Source of the DNA: Candidatus Electronema halotolerans
GTDB taxonomy: Bacteria; Desulfobacterota; Desulfobulbia; Desulfobulbales; Desulfobulbaceae
Assembly (NCBI GenBank): GCA_942493095.1
Contig: OW818675.1
Span: forward strand, 390,001 to 422,000
DNA length: 32,000 nt
Reading direction: 5' to 3'
Shown: piece by piece, positions 9,561-19,728 of the stretch
Position numbering within the stretch: the stretch's first letter is position 1
Layout: each line of letters begins with the position of its first letter
The notes under the pieces: generated by a model
The model's input: only the letters and a program-made list of their open reading frames with translations
Told to the model about the DNA's origin: nothing
The model's database searches: none
Translations under genes and position numbers: made by a program

Positions 9561-11714
9561 ATGGCTGCGGAGAAAATGGAAAAACGGGAATTCAATCTTG
9601 ATTCGTCGGAATGGTATTTGAACCGGGAACTGACGTGGCTGGAATTCAACCGCCGGGTCATGCACGAGGCCGAGGACCCGCGCACCCCGCTGCTGGAGCG
9701 AATCAAATTTCTCGCCATTCTGGGCAGCAATCTGGACGAGTTTTTCATGAAGCGGGTCGGCGGCCTCAAGCAGCAGGTGGGCGCAGGCGTGCGCAGCCTG
9801 ACAGTTGACGGGAGAACGCCGAACGAGCAGCTTGCCGAATGCCATGAGTCCGTGCGGAACATACTCCTGCGCAAGGAGGAGCTGGAAGCCGAGCTGCTCC
9901 AACTGCTGGCAGGGCAGGGCATCCGCCTTGTCAGCTATCAGCAGCTTGACCGGGAGCAGCGCAAGGATGCTGACAATTATTTCTATGACAACATCTATCC
10001 CCTGCTCACCCCCCAAGGCATGGACCCGGCCCATCCCTTTCCGTTTATTTCCAATTTGTCCATCAACCTGCTGGTTGTGACCCGCTACGAGCATAATGAT
10101 CACAGCTTTCTCAACCGGATCAAGGTGCCGACCGGCGTGGGCGTGCCCCGTTTTATCCGCATTGGCAGCGAGCAGCTCTACATTTGTTTTGAAGATTTGA
10201 TCGCCAACAATTTAGCCACAGTGTTTCCTGGCCTGCTGATTGAATCCTGCTCCCTGTTCCGCGTGACCCGCAATGCGATCACAGAACGTGATGGAGAAAA
10301 GGCGAATGATCTTTTGGCAGTGATCGAGACAGCCCTGCGGGACCGCAAATTTGCCGAAATAGTCCGCTTGGAGATTGAAGAGGCTATGAGTTCGTCTCAT
10401 CGGGGCATGCTGGCTGCTGAACTGGGCATTGACGAGCATAAAGACGTGTTCACGGTCAAAGGGATTGTCGGCAAGCGCGATCTCTTCCAGCTCGCCGCCA
10501 TTGACCTGCCCAGCCTGCATTACCCGACTCATCAGCCCTGCGACCATTTCCGGCTTTCCTATGATTCCCGCAACATTTTTCATATCATCCGTGAATACGG
10601 GGCAATCCTGCTCCAGCACCCTTATGAGTCCTTTGACAGCTCAGTGCAGCGTTTTCTCCGCGAGGCCAGTCGTGATCCCAAGGTGTTGGCCATCAAGATG
10701 ACCTTGTACCGGACCTCGGCAGATTCCGGCATTATTCCCTGTCTGCTTGATTCGGCCAAAAACGGCAAGCAGGTGGCCGTGGTCGTGGAGCTGAAGGCCC
10801 GTTTTGACGAATCGGCCAACATCCGCTGGGCCGAGCATCTGGAGGAGGCCGGGGTGCATGTCACCTACGGCGTGGTCGGCCTGAAAACGCATTCCAAGGT
10901 GATTTTTGTCGTCCGCCGCGACTTTGACGGCCTGCGCCGCTATGCCCATATTGGCACCGGCAACTATCATGCGGGCACAGCTCGGATGTATTCTGACCTG
11001 GGCATGCTCACCTGTGATCCGATCATTGCCAAAGACCTGACCGAGCTGTTCAATTACCTGACCACCGGCTATGCGCCGGATAGAAATTATCTCAAGCTGC
11101 TGCCCTCGCCAAAGGTGCTGAAAAAGGCCTTGCTGGACAAGATCAAACGGGAGATCGCCCAGCATACGGAAAAAGTGCCCGGACGCATCCAGTTCAAGAC
11201 CAATGCCTTGGAGGACAAGGACATCACGGAGGCCCTGTATCTGGCCTCAATGGCTGGCGTGAAGGTGGATTTGATCGTCCGGGACAGCTGCCGTCTCCGG
11301 CCCGGCATTCCCGGACTGTCCGAGAATGTGCGCGTAATTTCAATAGTTGGCCGCTTTTTGGAGCACAGCCGGATTTACTATTTTTACAACGGCGGCAATG
11401 AGGAGTATTTTATTGGCTCGGCTGACATTATGAAGCGGAATCTGGAGGACCGGGTTGAGGTGATCACGCCGGTCGAGCTGCCTGATCTGCGGGCCGAGCT
11501 GCGCCGCTTTCTTGACATTCAGCTCACAGACCAGCGCAGTGCCTGGGAAATGCAGCCGGACGGCAGCTATATCCAGCGGCGGGGCGGAGAGCAGAGCGGC
11601 TCGCACGAAAAGCTGATCCGGCAGGCGGAAAAGCGGCTGTCCGATGCCCAGCGCTTGGTCAAGCTGAAAAAAAGGAAGCTGGTCAAGCGGAAGCAGGTGG
11701 TGCTGAAAAAGTGA
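9561..11714 (+). CDS. ppk1: Polyphosphate kinase 1
   Basis: NRELTWLEFNRRVMHEAEDPRTPLLERIKFLAILGSNLDEFFMKRVGG; RDPKVLAIKMTLYRTS; VELKARFDESANIRWAEHLEEAGVHVTYG; GLKTHSK; HIGTGNYH. Confidence 0.97.
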   Translation: MAAEKMEKREFNLDSSEWYLNRELTWLEFNRRVMHEAEDPRTPLLERIKFLAILGSNLDEFFMKRVGGLKQQVGAGVRSLTVDGRTPNEQLAECHESVRNILLRKEELEAELLQLLAGQGIRLVSYQQLDREQRKDADNYFYDNIYPLLTPQGMDPAHPFPFISNLSINLLVVTRYEHNDHSFLNRIKVPTGVGVPRFIRIGSEQLYICFEDLIANNLATVFPGLLIESCSLFRVTRNAITERDGEKANDLLAVIETALRDRKFAEIVRLEIEEAMSSSHRGMLAAELGIDEHKDVFTVKGIVGKRDLFQLAAIDLPSLHYPTHQPCDHFRLSYDSRNIFHIIREYGAILLQHPYESFDSSVQRFLREASRDPKVLAIKMTLYRTSADSGIIPCLLDSAKNGKQVAVVVELKARFDESANIRWAEHLEEAGVHVTYGVVGLKTHSKVIFVVRRDFDGLRRYAHIGTGNYHAGTARMYSDLGMLTCDPIIAKDLTELFNYLTTGYAPDRNYLKLLPSPKVLKKALLDKIKREIAQHTEKVPGRIQFKTNALEDKDITEALYLASMAGVKVDLIVRDSCRLRPGIPGLSENVRVISIVGRFLEHSRIYYFYNGGNEEYFIGSADIMKRNLEDRVEVITPVELPDLRAELRRFLDIQLTDQRSAWEMQPDGSYIQRRGGEQSGSHEKLIRQAEKRLSDAQRLVKLKKRKLVKRKQVVLKK

Positions 11715-11847
11715 TCAAGGGCTTGCGCAAAACTAACGGATTGACCAATAAGCAGGAAAGCGGCATATTGGCAGACAGCAAGTTTCCTGCTGTCCTGATG
11801 AATTTTGCGCAAACCCTACAGATAATGTCACAAGGAGCAAAAAAACT

Positions 11848-13137
11848 ATGAGCGACCTGAAAAAGATGTACAGCACCATCCTCGGCGATTCTTTTCCGAT
11901 GGAGATGACCATTTCCTTTGGCGATCAGACCTTAGTCTATCGCAAGCGGACTTGGGCGATTCCGCAGGAGGACGGCACGGTTGATGAGCGCGGCCTGCGC
12001 TACGGCGAAAACCCGGATCAGGAGGCGGCCCTGTACGAATTGGTCAACGGCAACCTCGCGCTGGGCGACTGCAAGTTTATTGAGCCGGGCAAAGGCTTGG
12101 TCAGCGGCATCAAGGTGGAGGACATGCTCCAAGTGGGCAAGCATCCGGGCAAGATCAACCTGACCGACGTTGACAACGGCCTGAACATCATCAAGTATTT
12201 GACAGACAAACCCGCAGCGGTGATTCTCAAGCACAACAATCCTTGCGGCGCGGCCCTTGGCGCAAATTTGGCTGATGCCTACAACCGGGCCAACCGGGCG
12301 GACCGAATTGCCGCTTTTGGCGGGGCTGTGATTGTCAACCGGGCCTTGGACAAGGAAACCGCCGAGCTGATGAGCCGGAACTACTTGGAGGTGGTCTGCG
12401 CCCCGGAATTCGAGGACGGCACCTTGGAGATTCTTGCCAAGGCCAAGAATCTGCGGGTCATCCGCATGGACGGCATAGCCCGTTTGGCAGAGTTTGAGAA
12501 ATACCGCTTTGTCGATTTCAAATCGCTGATTGACGGCGGCATCATTGTCCAGCAGTCAGCAGTCAACTCCATCCGCTCTGCCGCTGATCTGAAACCGGCG
12601 GTTGCCACGTGGAAAGGCCAGGAATACCGCTGCGAGCGGCAGCCCACGCAGCAGGAGCTGGATGATATGATTTTTGGCTGGGCCGTGGAGCATGGCGTGA
12701 CCTCCAACTCAGTCATTTACGTCAAGAACGGCTGCACAGTCGGCATTGGCACCGGCGAGCAGGACCGGGTCGGGGTGGCCGAGATAGCGGTTTCTAAAGC
12801 ATACATAAAATATGCGGACATCACCTGCTTTGACCGCTTCGGCATTCCTTATGCGGATTTGGCCTTGGAAGTGGCGCAGGGCAAACGTGATGCGGCGGAC
12901 AAGGAGAAAATTGATGCGCAGGTGAAGGCGGACAAGGCCGGGCTGCCCGGTTCAGTGATGATCTCCGATGCCTTTTTCCCCTTCCGCGATGCGGCGGACG
13001 TGGGCATCCGCGAGGGAGTCGGAGCTATTCTTCAGGCAGGCGGCTCCATGCGGGATTATGCGTCCATCGAAGCCTGCAACGAGGCTGATCCGCAGGTGGC
13101 CATGATGTTCACCGGCCAACGCTCATTCAAGCATTGA
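11848..13137 (+). CDS. purH-like: Phosphoribosylaminoimidazolecarboxamide formyltransferase (AICARFT domain only; no MGS/IMP cyclohydrolase domain)
   Basis: LRYGENPDQEAALY, NLTDVDNGLNIIKYL, ILKHNNPCGAA, IAAFGGAV, GGSMRD; AAGGAG ribosome-binding site upstream. Confidence 0.88.
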   Translation: MSDLKKMYSTILGDSFPMEMTISFGDQTLVYRKRTWAIPQEDGTVDERGLRYGENPDQEAALYELVNGNLALGDCKFIEPGKGLVSGIKVEDMLQVGKHPGKINLTDVDNGLNIIKYLTDKPAAVILKHNNPCGAALGANLADAYNRANRADRIAAFGGAVIVNRALDKETAELMSRNYLEVVCAPEFEDGTLEILAKAKNLRVIRMDGIARLAEFEKYRFVDFKSLIDGGIIVQQSAVNSIRSAADLKPAVATWKGQEYRCERQPTQQELDDMIFGWAVEHGVTSNSVIYVKNGCTVGIGTGEQDRVGVAEIAVSKAYIKYADITCFDRFGIPYADLALEVAQGKRDAADKEKIDAQVKADKAGLPGSVMISDAFFPFRDAADVGIREGVGAILQAGGSMRDYASIEACNEADPQVAMMFTGQRSFKH

Positions 13138-13419
13138 AACACCGTGTCTTAAAATCAACCCGAATCAGGGGAGGTTTCCAAAAAACGTTCGGCAACTGCC
13201 TGATTTTTTGGTACAAAAAGAGACAGGGTCACGATGACACTCCGGGGTGCCCTAGGTTATGACTGGTAAGGGCGGCCCCCTGTGGCCGCCCGGTGTTTTC
13301 CCGTAATTCCGGTGCGTTGCACGGGCAGACACGGGAGCCTGCCCCTTGCCTTCCGCCCGGCCATCGGCTACAAAGAAGCACGCTGTTTTTTTCTTCCCAA
13401 GCGCACAAGGAGGCCGCAG

Positions 13420-14706
13420 ATGAGCCAGCATCACTTTGAAACCCTTGCCCTTCATGCCGGGCACACCGTGGATCAGGACACTCTTTCCAGAGCTGTGCCG
13501 ATCTACCGGACCAGTTCCTATCTCTTTAAAAACAGCCAGCACGCTGCTGACCTCTTCAGCCTCAAGGAGATGGGCAACATCTACACCCGGCTGATGAATC
13601 CCACTCAGGACGTGCTGGAAAAACGGCTTGCCGCTTTGGAAGGCGGGGCGGCAGCTTTGGCACTGGCTTCAGGCACCTCTGCGATCTTCTACTCAATCAT
13701 CAACATCTGCGCCGCAGGGGATGAAGTCGTGGCCGCCTGCAATCTCTACGGCGGCACCTACACCCAGTTTGATGCCATCCTGCCGCAGTTCGGCATCAAG
13801 GTGCGCTTGGTTGATCCCAAGGAGCCAGACAACTTTGACCGGGCAGTCAATGACAAGACCAGAGCCATCTTCTGCGAGACCATCGGCAATCCCGGCTTGG
13901 ACATGACTGATCTGGAGGCAGTGGCCGCAATAGCCCGCAAGCATCACCTGCCCCTGATTGTCGATTCCACTTTCACCCCGCCCTGTTTGCTCCGGCCTTT
14001 GGAGCACGGTGCGGACATTGTTGTTCATTCCCTGACCAAGTGGATCGGCGGGCATGGCACCGCCATTGGCGGCATTGTCGTTGACAGCGGCACATTTGAT
14101 TGGACAGACCCCAAGTTCACCCTCTATAACCAGCCAGATGGAGGCTACCACGGCCTGCGCTTTGCCCACGATCTTGGCGCGATGAACCCCATCGCCTTTG
14201 CCTTGCGGATGCGCTTGGTGCCGCTGCGTAATCTGGGGGCCTGCATCAGCCCGGACAACTGCGCTTTCTTCCTCCAAGGGATTGAAACCCTGTCGCTGCG
14301 CATGGAGCGGCACTGCGCCAATGCCTTGGCCGCAGCAGAGTTTCTCCAAAAGCACCCGCAGGTGGAATGGGTGCGTTATCCGGGCCTGCCGGGCGAGGAA
14401 AATAAGGCTGCGCACCAGTATTTGCAGCACGGCTCTGGCGGCATGATTGCCTTTGGCATCAAGGGCGGGCGCGAGGCAGGGCGGCGGTTTGTTGACAGCC
14501 TGCTGCTCTTCTCTCATTTAGCTAATGTCGGCGATGCCAAGTCCTTAGCCATCCACCCGGCCAGCACCACCCATTCGCAGCTCTCTGCCGAGCAGCTTGC
14601 CGGGGCTGGATTGAGCGAATCCATGATCCGCCTCTCCATTGGCATTGAGCATATTGACGATATATGCGCGGACTTGGAGCAGGCCTTGGCTGCCGCCGCA
14701 GGCTGA
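13420..14706 (+). CDS. metY-like: O-acetylhomoserine aminocarboxypropyltransferase / Cys-Met metabolism PLP enzyme
   Basis: ATG at 13420 preceded by AAGGAGG; ETLALHAGHTVDQDTLSRAVPIYRTSSYLFKNSQHAADLFSL; NPGLDMTDLEAVAAIA; HSLTKWIGGHGTAIGG; RLSIGIEHIDDICADLEQAL. Confidence 0.93.
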   Translation: MSQHHFETLALHAGHTVDQDTLSRAVPIYRTSSYLFKNSQHAADLFSLKEMGNIYTRLMNPTQDVLEKRLAALEGGAAALALASGTSAIFYSIINICAAGDEVVAACNLYGGTYTQFDAILPQFGIKVRLVDPKEPDNFDRAVNDKTRAIFCETIGNPGLDMTDLEAVAAIARKHHLPLIVDSTFTPPCLLRPLEHGADIVVHSLTKWIGGHGTAIGGIVVDSGTFDWTDPKFTLYNQPDGGYHGLRFAHDLGAMNPIAFALRMRLVPLRNLGACISPDNCAFFLQGIETLSLRMERHCANALAAAEFLQKHPQVEWVRYPGLPGEENKAAHQYLQHGSGGMIAFGIKGGREAGRRFVDSLLLFSHLANVGDAKSLAIHPASTTHSQLSAEQLAGAGLSESMIRLSIGIEHIDDICADLEQALAAAAG

Positions 14707-15606
14707 TCAGCTTGTCCGGCTGACAATGTATTGAGCTAAGGCGCGCAGCGGTTCTGCCCGTTCATCAAAAGAAGCCAAGGCGGCCACGGCCCGATCCGCC
14801 GCCTCCGCTGCGAGAATGCGGGTTTTCTCTATCCCGAAAAAGGCTGGGTAAGTGGCCTTGCCCAGCCCGGCATCGCTGCCTGCCGTCTTGCCAAGCTGCT
14901 CCGTGGAGGCGGTGACATCCAAAAGATCATCAGCAATCTGGAAGGCCAGTCCGACTGCGCCGCCATAGTCAGACAATGCGGCAAGCTGGGCTTCATCTGC
15001 GCCGCCGCCAATGGCTCCCATCTCCACTGCCGCCCGGATCAGCGCGCCGGTCTTGGAACGGTGGATGGTTCTGAGGCGTTCAAAAGAAATGGCCTGCTGC
15101 TCGCTGGCAATGTCAAGGAACTGGCCGCCAACCATGCCCAGCGAGCCTGCGGCCTGCGCCAAGACCGCCATGAGTTGGAGACGGATTGTTGGCTCCGGGC
15201 CGGGAAAGCTGTTGCTGCTGATCAGCTCAAAAGCGTAGGTCAGCAGGCCATCGCCCGCCAAGATGGCTTCAGCCTCGCCAAACTTCTTGTGGCAGGTGGG
15301 CTGGCCCCGGCGCAGGTCATCATTGTCCATTGCCGGCAGGTCATCGTGAATCAGGGAATAGGTGTGGATGCACTCCAAGGCGCAGGCCGCAGGCAGGAGC
15401 AGTTCCACTGCCGCCGGGTCAGAACTGACACAGTGGGCTGCGGCCAGACAGAGGATGGGCCGGACCCGCTTGCCGCCGACAAAGAGGCTGTAGCGCATGG
15501 TCTCAATATGCTTGGCAAAATCGCCCTCTGCGGGCAGCATGCAGTGTTGCAGTGCCCGCTCGATAAGCTGCCGCTGCTCCTGAAGATAGGCTTTAACATC
15601 AAACAT
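14707..15606 (-). CDS. ispA-like: Polyprenyl synthetase (farnesyl/geranylgeranyl diphosphate synthase)
   Basis: Start ATG at 15606 (MFDVKAYLQEQRQLIERAL), GGKRVRPILCLAAA, first Asp-rich motif LIHDDLPAMDNDDLRRGQPTCHKKFGEAEAILAGDGLL, second motif LAFQIADDLLD. Stop codon abuts the stop of the convergent upstream gene. Confidence 0.93.
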   Translation of the reverse strand: MFDVKAYLQEQRQLIERALQHCMLPAEGDFAKHIETMRYSLFVGGKRVRPILCLAAAHCVSSDPAAVELLLPAACALECIHTYSLIHDDLPAMDNDDLRRGQPTCHKKFGEAEAILAGDGLLTYAFELISSNSFPGPEPTIRLQLMAVLAQAAGSLGMVGGQFLDIASEQQAISFERLRTIHRSKTGALIRAAVEMGAIGGGADEAQLAALSDYGGAVGLAFQIADDLLDVTASTEQLGKTAGSDAGLGKATYPAFFGIEKTRILAAEAADRAVAALASFDERAEPLRALAQYIVSRTS

Positions 15607-15845
15607 GGTTCTCTCTCCTGCGACCGGATTGCCTTGTGCGGATTTAACGTCTCTCCCAAGCATAGCTTTTTTGACCTGTTGAAGCCAAACAATTTTCATG
15701 GTCTGTTGACTTGCTTGAATTCGCATGCACGTCCTGCTTGCTTTCCAGCCGAAATCTGATTACGTTCTGCTTCAGCGCGTTGTGCGGCAATGCTGGATGC
15801 GCGCTCCTCCTGCTTGCACGTATAACTTGAATCCACAAGAAAAAC

Positions 15846-16919
15846 ATGACAAAAACAGTGCTGATCACCGGCGGCTGCGGTTTTATTGGCGTGAACTTTG
15901 TCCGCCTGCTTCTGGCGGAGCGGCAGGACTGGCGGGTGATCAATCTTGACAAGCTGACTTATGCGGGCAACCTGCACAGTCTGGCTGATATTAGTGAGCA
16001 TCCCAATTACACCTTTGTCAAAGGCGACATCTGCGATGCCCCGCTCTTGGACCGGCTTTTCCGCGAGCAGCAGATCGACACTGTGGCCCATTTTGCCGCT
16101 GAGTCGCATGTTGACCGCTCTATTACCGGCCCGGCGGAGTTCATCCAAACCAATGTAGTCGGCACCTTCACCCTGCTGGAGGCGGCCAAGCGGCACTGGT
16201 TAGACAGCGGCGCAGGCAGTGACCGCTACCGTTTTCTCCATGTCAGCACAGACGAGGTCTTTGGCTCGCTCGGCCCGACCGGCTTTTTCAGCGAAGAAAC
16301 TGCCTATGATCCGCGTTCGCCCTACTCGGCCTCCAAAGCCTCGTCTGATCACTTAGTGCGGGCCTATTTCCACACTTACGGCCTGCCCGTGCTGATCACC
16401 AACTGCTCGAACAACTATGGGCCGTATCAGTTCCCGGAAAAGCTGATTCCGCTGGTGCTCAACAACGGCCTGCACGGCCAGCCGCTGCCTGTCTATGGCG
16501 ACGGCGGCAATGTCCGCGACTGGCTTTATGTGCAGGATCACTGCGAGGCCATTGTCCGGGTGATTGAGCAGGGCAGACTCGGTGAATCCTACAATATCGG
16601 CGGCCACAACGAGAAGACCAACCTGCAAGTGGTTGAACTGCTCTGTGATCTGCTGGATGCAAAAGTCGGTCTGCTGCCATCTCAGCAACCGCGCCGCTCG
16701 CTGATCAGTTTTGTCACAGACAGGCTCGGCCATGACCGCCGCTATGCGATTGACGCAGGCAAGATGGCGAAGGAACTTGGCTGGCTGCCCAAGGTCACTT
16801 TTGAGCAGGGGATTGACAGGACGGTTGACTGGTATCTGCGCAACCAAGACTGGACCGCAGCAGTGACCGACGGCTCGTATCAGGAGTATTATCAAAAAAT
16901 GTACGGAGAACAGGCATGA
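15846..16919 (+). CDS. rfbB: dTDP-glucose 4,6-dehydratase
   Basis: [18 protein letters not shown]; [36 protein letters not shown]; [47 protein letters not shown]; [24 protein letters not shown]. Confidence 0.96.
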   Translation: MTKTVLITGGCGFIGVNFVRLLLAERQDWRVINLDKLTYAGNLHSLADISEHPNYTFVKGDICDAPLLDRLFREQQIDTVAHFAAESHVDRSITGPAEFIQTNVVGTFTLLEAAKRHWLDSGAGSDRYRFLHVSTDEVFGSLGPTGFFSEETAYDPRSPYSASKASSDHLVRAYFHTYGLPVLITNCSNNYGPYQFPEKLIPLVLNNGLHGQPLPVYGDGGNVRDWLYVQDHCEAIVRVIEQGRLGESYNIGGHNEKTNLQVVELLCDLLDAKVGLLPSQQPRRSLISFVTDRLGHDRRYAIDAGKMAKELGWLPKVTFEQGIDRTVDWYLRNQDWTAAVTDGSYQEYYQKMYGEQA

Positions 16920-17461
16920 AGGTTCAGGCGACCAGCATTCCCGATGTGCTGCTGATCGAACCGAAAGTTTTTGGCGACGAGCGCGGTTTTTTCTTTGAGA
17001 GTTTCAACCTGCTGCAATGGCAGCAGCTTTCCGGCCTGAACACCGTCTTTGTGCAGCACAATCATTCCCGTTCAGTGCAGAATGTCTTGCGCGGTCTGCA
17101 TTATCAGATCAAACAGCCACAGGGCAAATTAGTGCGGGTGACAATGGGAGAAGTTTTTGATGTCGCAGTTGACTTGCGTCGCAACTCGCCTACCTTTGGT
17201 CAGTGGGCAGGTGAAATTCTTTCTGCTGAGAACAAGCGGCAGCTTTGGGTGCCGGAGGGTTTTGCGCACGGCTTTTTGGTGCTGTCCGATGCAGCGGAAT
17301 TCCTTTATCTGACCACGGACTACTACGCGCCGGAGCATGAGCGGGCTGTTATTTGGAATGACCCGGATTTGAATATTGTCTGGCCTTTGGCGGGCAGTGA
17401 GCCTTGCTTGTCTGAGAAGGATAAAAAGGCAGGCAGATTCAGCGAGGCGGAGTTGTTTTAG
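16916..17461 (+). CDS. rfbC: dTDP-4-dehydrorhamnose 3,5-epimerase
   Basis: [24 protein letters not shown]; [61 protein letters not shown]; [15 protein letters not shown]; 4-bp overlap with rfbB. Confidence 0.96.
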   Translation: MKVQATSIPDVLLIEPKVFGDERGFFFESFNLLQWQQLSGLNTVFVQHNHSRSVQNVLRGLHYQIKQPQGKLVRVTMGEVFDVAVDLRRNSPTFGQWAGEILSAENKRQLWVPEGFAHGFLVLSDAAEFLYLTTDYYAPEHERAVIWNDPDLNIVWPLAGSEPCLSEKDKKAGRFSEAELF

Positions 17462-17602
17462 GTTGGATTTTTCCTGTTGACGAAGGGAGATGCGCTGTTT
17501 AAATTGGATAGACAACACGTTGTAATCTTTCTGTCTATCTTGCAACGATTGCATGGTTAATAGAACCATAGAGCTTTTTGTTAGGGCAAGAAGACCATCA
17601 GC

Positions 17603-18145
17603 ATGAGCCATGATTGGAGGAGAAAAAAAGCCAGGTTCAAGGTACCAAGTGATAAAACACTAGGAATTGTCGTTCTTGGGGCGGTAGCAGTCGTAGCCGC
17701 GTTCACAATCCTCGGCAAAAGAATAGCCAAAGAACCTATTAGCGAAAGTTCTCAAATGTCCCATACCATAAGGGTGATCGACGGAGACACTATTGAATTA
17801 TCATCTGAGAAGCTGAGGCTATTCGGGATGGATGCACCAGAAAAAGGCCAACCATGCAAAAGGAACAATGCCCCCTATGATTGCGGCACTGCTTCTAAAG
17901 AGCATTTAGAATTCTTGCTTACAGGAGCAAAAGTTGAATGCACCAAGAAGAAGAAAGATAAATGGGGAAGATATATTGCCTTGTGCTCTGCGGATGGTGA
18001 AGATGTCAGTCGACTAATGGTACGACATGGATGGGCTATAGCTTATAGAGAATATTCAACTTCTTATGTTGAAGATGAGGAATTTGCTAAATCTAATAGG
18101 CTTGGAATGTGGTCAAAGCAATTTGCCGTTCCATCCGAATGGTGA
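17603..18145 (+). CDS. Thermonuclease (SNase-like) family protein with N-terminal TM segment
   Basis: TLGIVVLGAVAVVAAFTIL hydrophobic helix; SNase signature HTIRVIDGDTIELSSEKLRLFGMDAPEKGQPC..., KDKWGRYIALCSADGEDVSRLMVRHGWAIAYREYS, AKSNRLGMW. Confidence 0.88.
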   Translation: MSHDWRRKKARFKVPSDKTLGIVVLGAVAVVAAFTILGKRIAKEPISESSQMSHTIRVIDGDTIELSSEKLRLFGMDAPEKGQPCKRNNAPYDCGTASKEHLEFLLTGAKVECTKKKKDKWGRYIALCSADGEDVSRLMVRHGWAIAYREYSTSYVEDEEFAKSNRLGMWSKQFAVPSEW

Positions 18146-18168
18146 AAATCTGATAACGGTGACAAATT

Positions 18169-18612
18169 ATGAGCGAAAATAGCGACGATAAGAACCTCAC
18201 TAAACCATATAGCGGTGTTCCTACGCAGATAAACCTTGGCCCAAGCACGTCCATGGATTTGTCGTGGCTCCCGGAAAACGAGCGGAAAGCCCTTTTGATC
18301 GACTATACAAAGGGTATGATGGATATCAGCCAAAAAGCGCAAGAGCTTCACGTTGATGCTGCTGTCTTGAAAAGAACCCTCGATGACCTATCAGATACTA
18401 CTCGGGAAGTCTCTGATAGTGGAAATGTTGTAACGATAACGCACTCTCAAACGACGAAAGTCGGACGTACAGAAATAATGATGGGGAATAGTGAGCAGGC
18501 CCAAAGTGGAAAATTATCGAAAAGCCAAACCGGGGGAAAGGATTGGACTCCCTACTATATATTTGGCGGCATCTTAGCCTTAATTATTATTGCTGCTTTA
18601 ATGAAGGGCTAA
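18169..18612 (+). CDS. Hypothetical protein, C-terminal TM helix (tail-anchor-like)
   Basis: ORF in tight array; C-terminus WTPYYIFGGILALIIIAALMKG. Confidence 0.75.
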   Translation: MSENSDDKNLTKPYSGVPTQINLGPSTSMDLSWLPENERKALLIDYTKGMMDISQKAQELHVDAAVLKRTLDDLSDTTREVSDSGNVVTITHSQTTKVGRTEIMMGNSEQAQSGKLSKSQTGGKDWTPYYIFGGILALIIIAALMKG

Positions 18613-18613
18613 T

Positions 18614-18913
18614 ATGAAGCCTGTCAAGGTGTATGTTTCGGATGACATCGCCGTGGATTCCGCAATCGAGTATTTGCAAAGCCACATCCCGGATGATGTT
18701 AGAAACTCTCAGGAGTACGGCTTCATATTTCCTGAAATAAAATCATGCATCGAGGAGTTTTCACAAAAAGCAAAGAAATTGGCTAACGCCGGAACAACTA
18801 TCCACATAGACAAAGAATATAAAGTTGCCGGATCAAAAATACTCGTCGTCCTTGAATACCCAAGGAAGAAAGGACTCTTTGAAAGAATTGCAGGGATTCT
18901 TAGAAGAGGATAA
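18614..18913 (+). CDS. Hypothetical small soluble protein, 99 aa
   Basis: ORF one base after previous stop, two bases before next start; MKPVKVYVSDDIAVDSAIEYLQSHIPDDV... Confidence 0.7.
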   Translation: MKPVKVYVSDDIAVDSAIEYLQSHIPDDVRNSQEYGFIFPEIKSCIEEFSQKAKKLANAGTTIHIDKEYKVAGSKILVVLEYPRKKGLFERIAGILRRG

Positions 18914-18915
18914 AC

Positions 18916-19728
18916 ATGAGTCGATATAGAGGAAATCGATATCGATCCTATAATAGAAGATCGGTAGGACACGAAAGGGCTTTAGAACACATCCGCGAAG
19001 CAGAAGCCCTGTCTAGAGAATTAGGCGGCACGGACCAAGATGTTAAGAACTATTTCTTTTCTCTTTCTTCTGCCCAACTGAGAGCGATCTTCGATAAGTA
19101 CGAATCTCAATACGGTAACTCAGCAAGGGAATATGCTGAGAAAACTCTTCCAAGTTGGAAAAGCGGACGAGTTCATATGAGCGGAATGGTTGCGGAAAGA
19201 CTTTTCAACCTACTGCCACCTGTCATGCTAATCGAGGCAAAATTCCAGTTAACTGAAAGTTTGTGGAAACACGTTGGTCCATCTTCTAACAAAAAATTTT
19301 ATGTTGGAGTCGATGTTAATCTTGAAGATATTTCCAGTCGAGTAAAATCACACTTAGAAGAAGTGGTTACGCATTATCAAATACCAAGCTCAATGGAGGC
19401 AAGGTTCAACTGGCTTTCGCAAGGTGATGTCACTGTAAAACAACAACTACTAAATCATTTTCGCCAACAAGAGAAGGTGCTGCTATCAGAAGCACTTCGA
19501 ACTCAATTGCCGGTATTAATAAATCACTTGAATAGCGAAAAAGGAAGTCTTACAACACACGCAGCCCAAGTCCTTAAGGTAGGGAAACATGAGGTTCAAG
19601 TAGTTGTAACTGAGGGCATCAATGGAGTATCCGAAACAGCACCTGTAAGGATTTCTGAATCAAGCGATTACAGTTGGATATGGTGGGTAGTCGGAATTGT
19701 TTTTGTTTTGTGGCTACTGAGCAAGTAG
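18916..19728 (+). CDS. Hypothetical protein, 270 aa, basic N-terminus and C-terminal TM helix
   Basis: MSRYRGNRYRSYNRRSVGHERALEHIREAEALSRELGGTDQDVKNYFFSLSS...; C-terminal YSWIWWVVGIVFVLWLLSK. Confidence 0.75.
   Translation: MSRYRGNRYRSYNRRSVGHERALEHIREAEALSRELGGTDQDVKNYFFSLSSAQLRAIFDKYESQYGNSAREYAEKTLPSWKSGRVHMSGMVAERLFNLLPPVMLIEAKFQLTESLWKHVGPSSNKKFYVGVDVNLEDISSRVKSHLEEVVTHYQIPSSMEARFNWLSQGDVTVKQQLLNHFRQQEKVLLSEALRTQLPVLINHLNSEKGSLTTHAAQVLKVGKHEVQVVVTEGINGVSETAPVRISESSDYSWIWWVVGIVFVLWLLSK

Noticed and set aside
10212-11165. Minus-strand ORFs within ppk1
   Set aside because: Antisense to well-supported PPK1 coding sequence.
13230-13300. TPP or ZTP riboswitch, from fragments such as CCGGGGTGCCC and TATGACTGG
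   Set aside because: The partner consensus segments (e.g. CTGAGA for TPP, the full pfl core for ZTP) are not present in order, so I left it as an unnamed leader candidate.
13693-14517. 274-aa minus-strand ORF over the metY-like gene
   Set aside because: The plus strand carries the PLP-enzyme motifs and an AAGGAGG start; the antisense product has no recognisable features.
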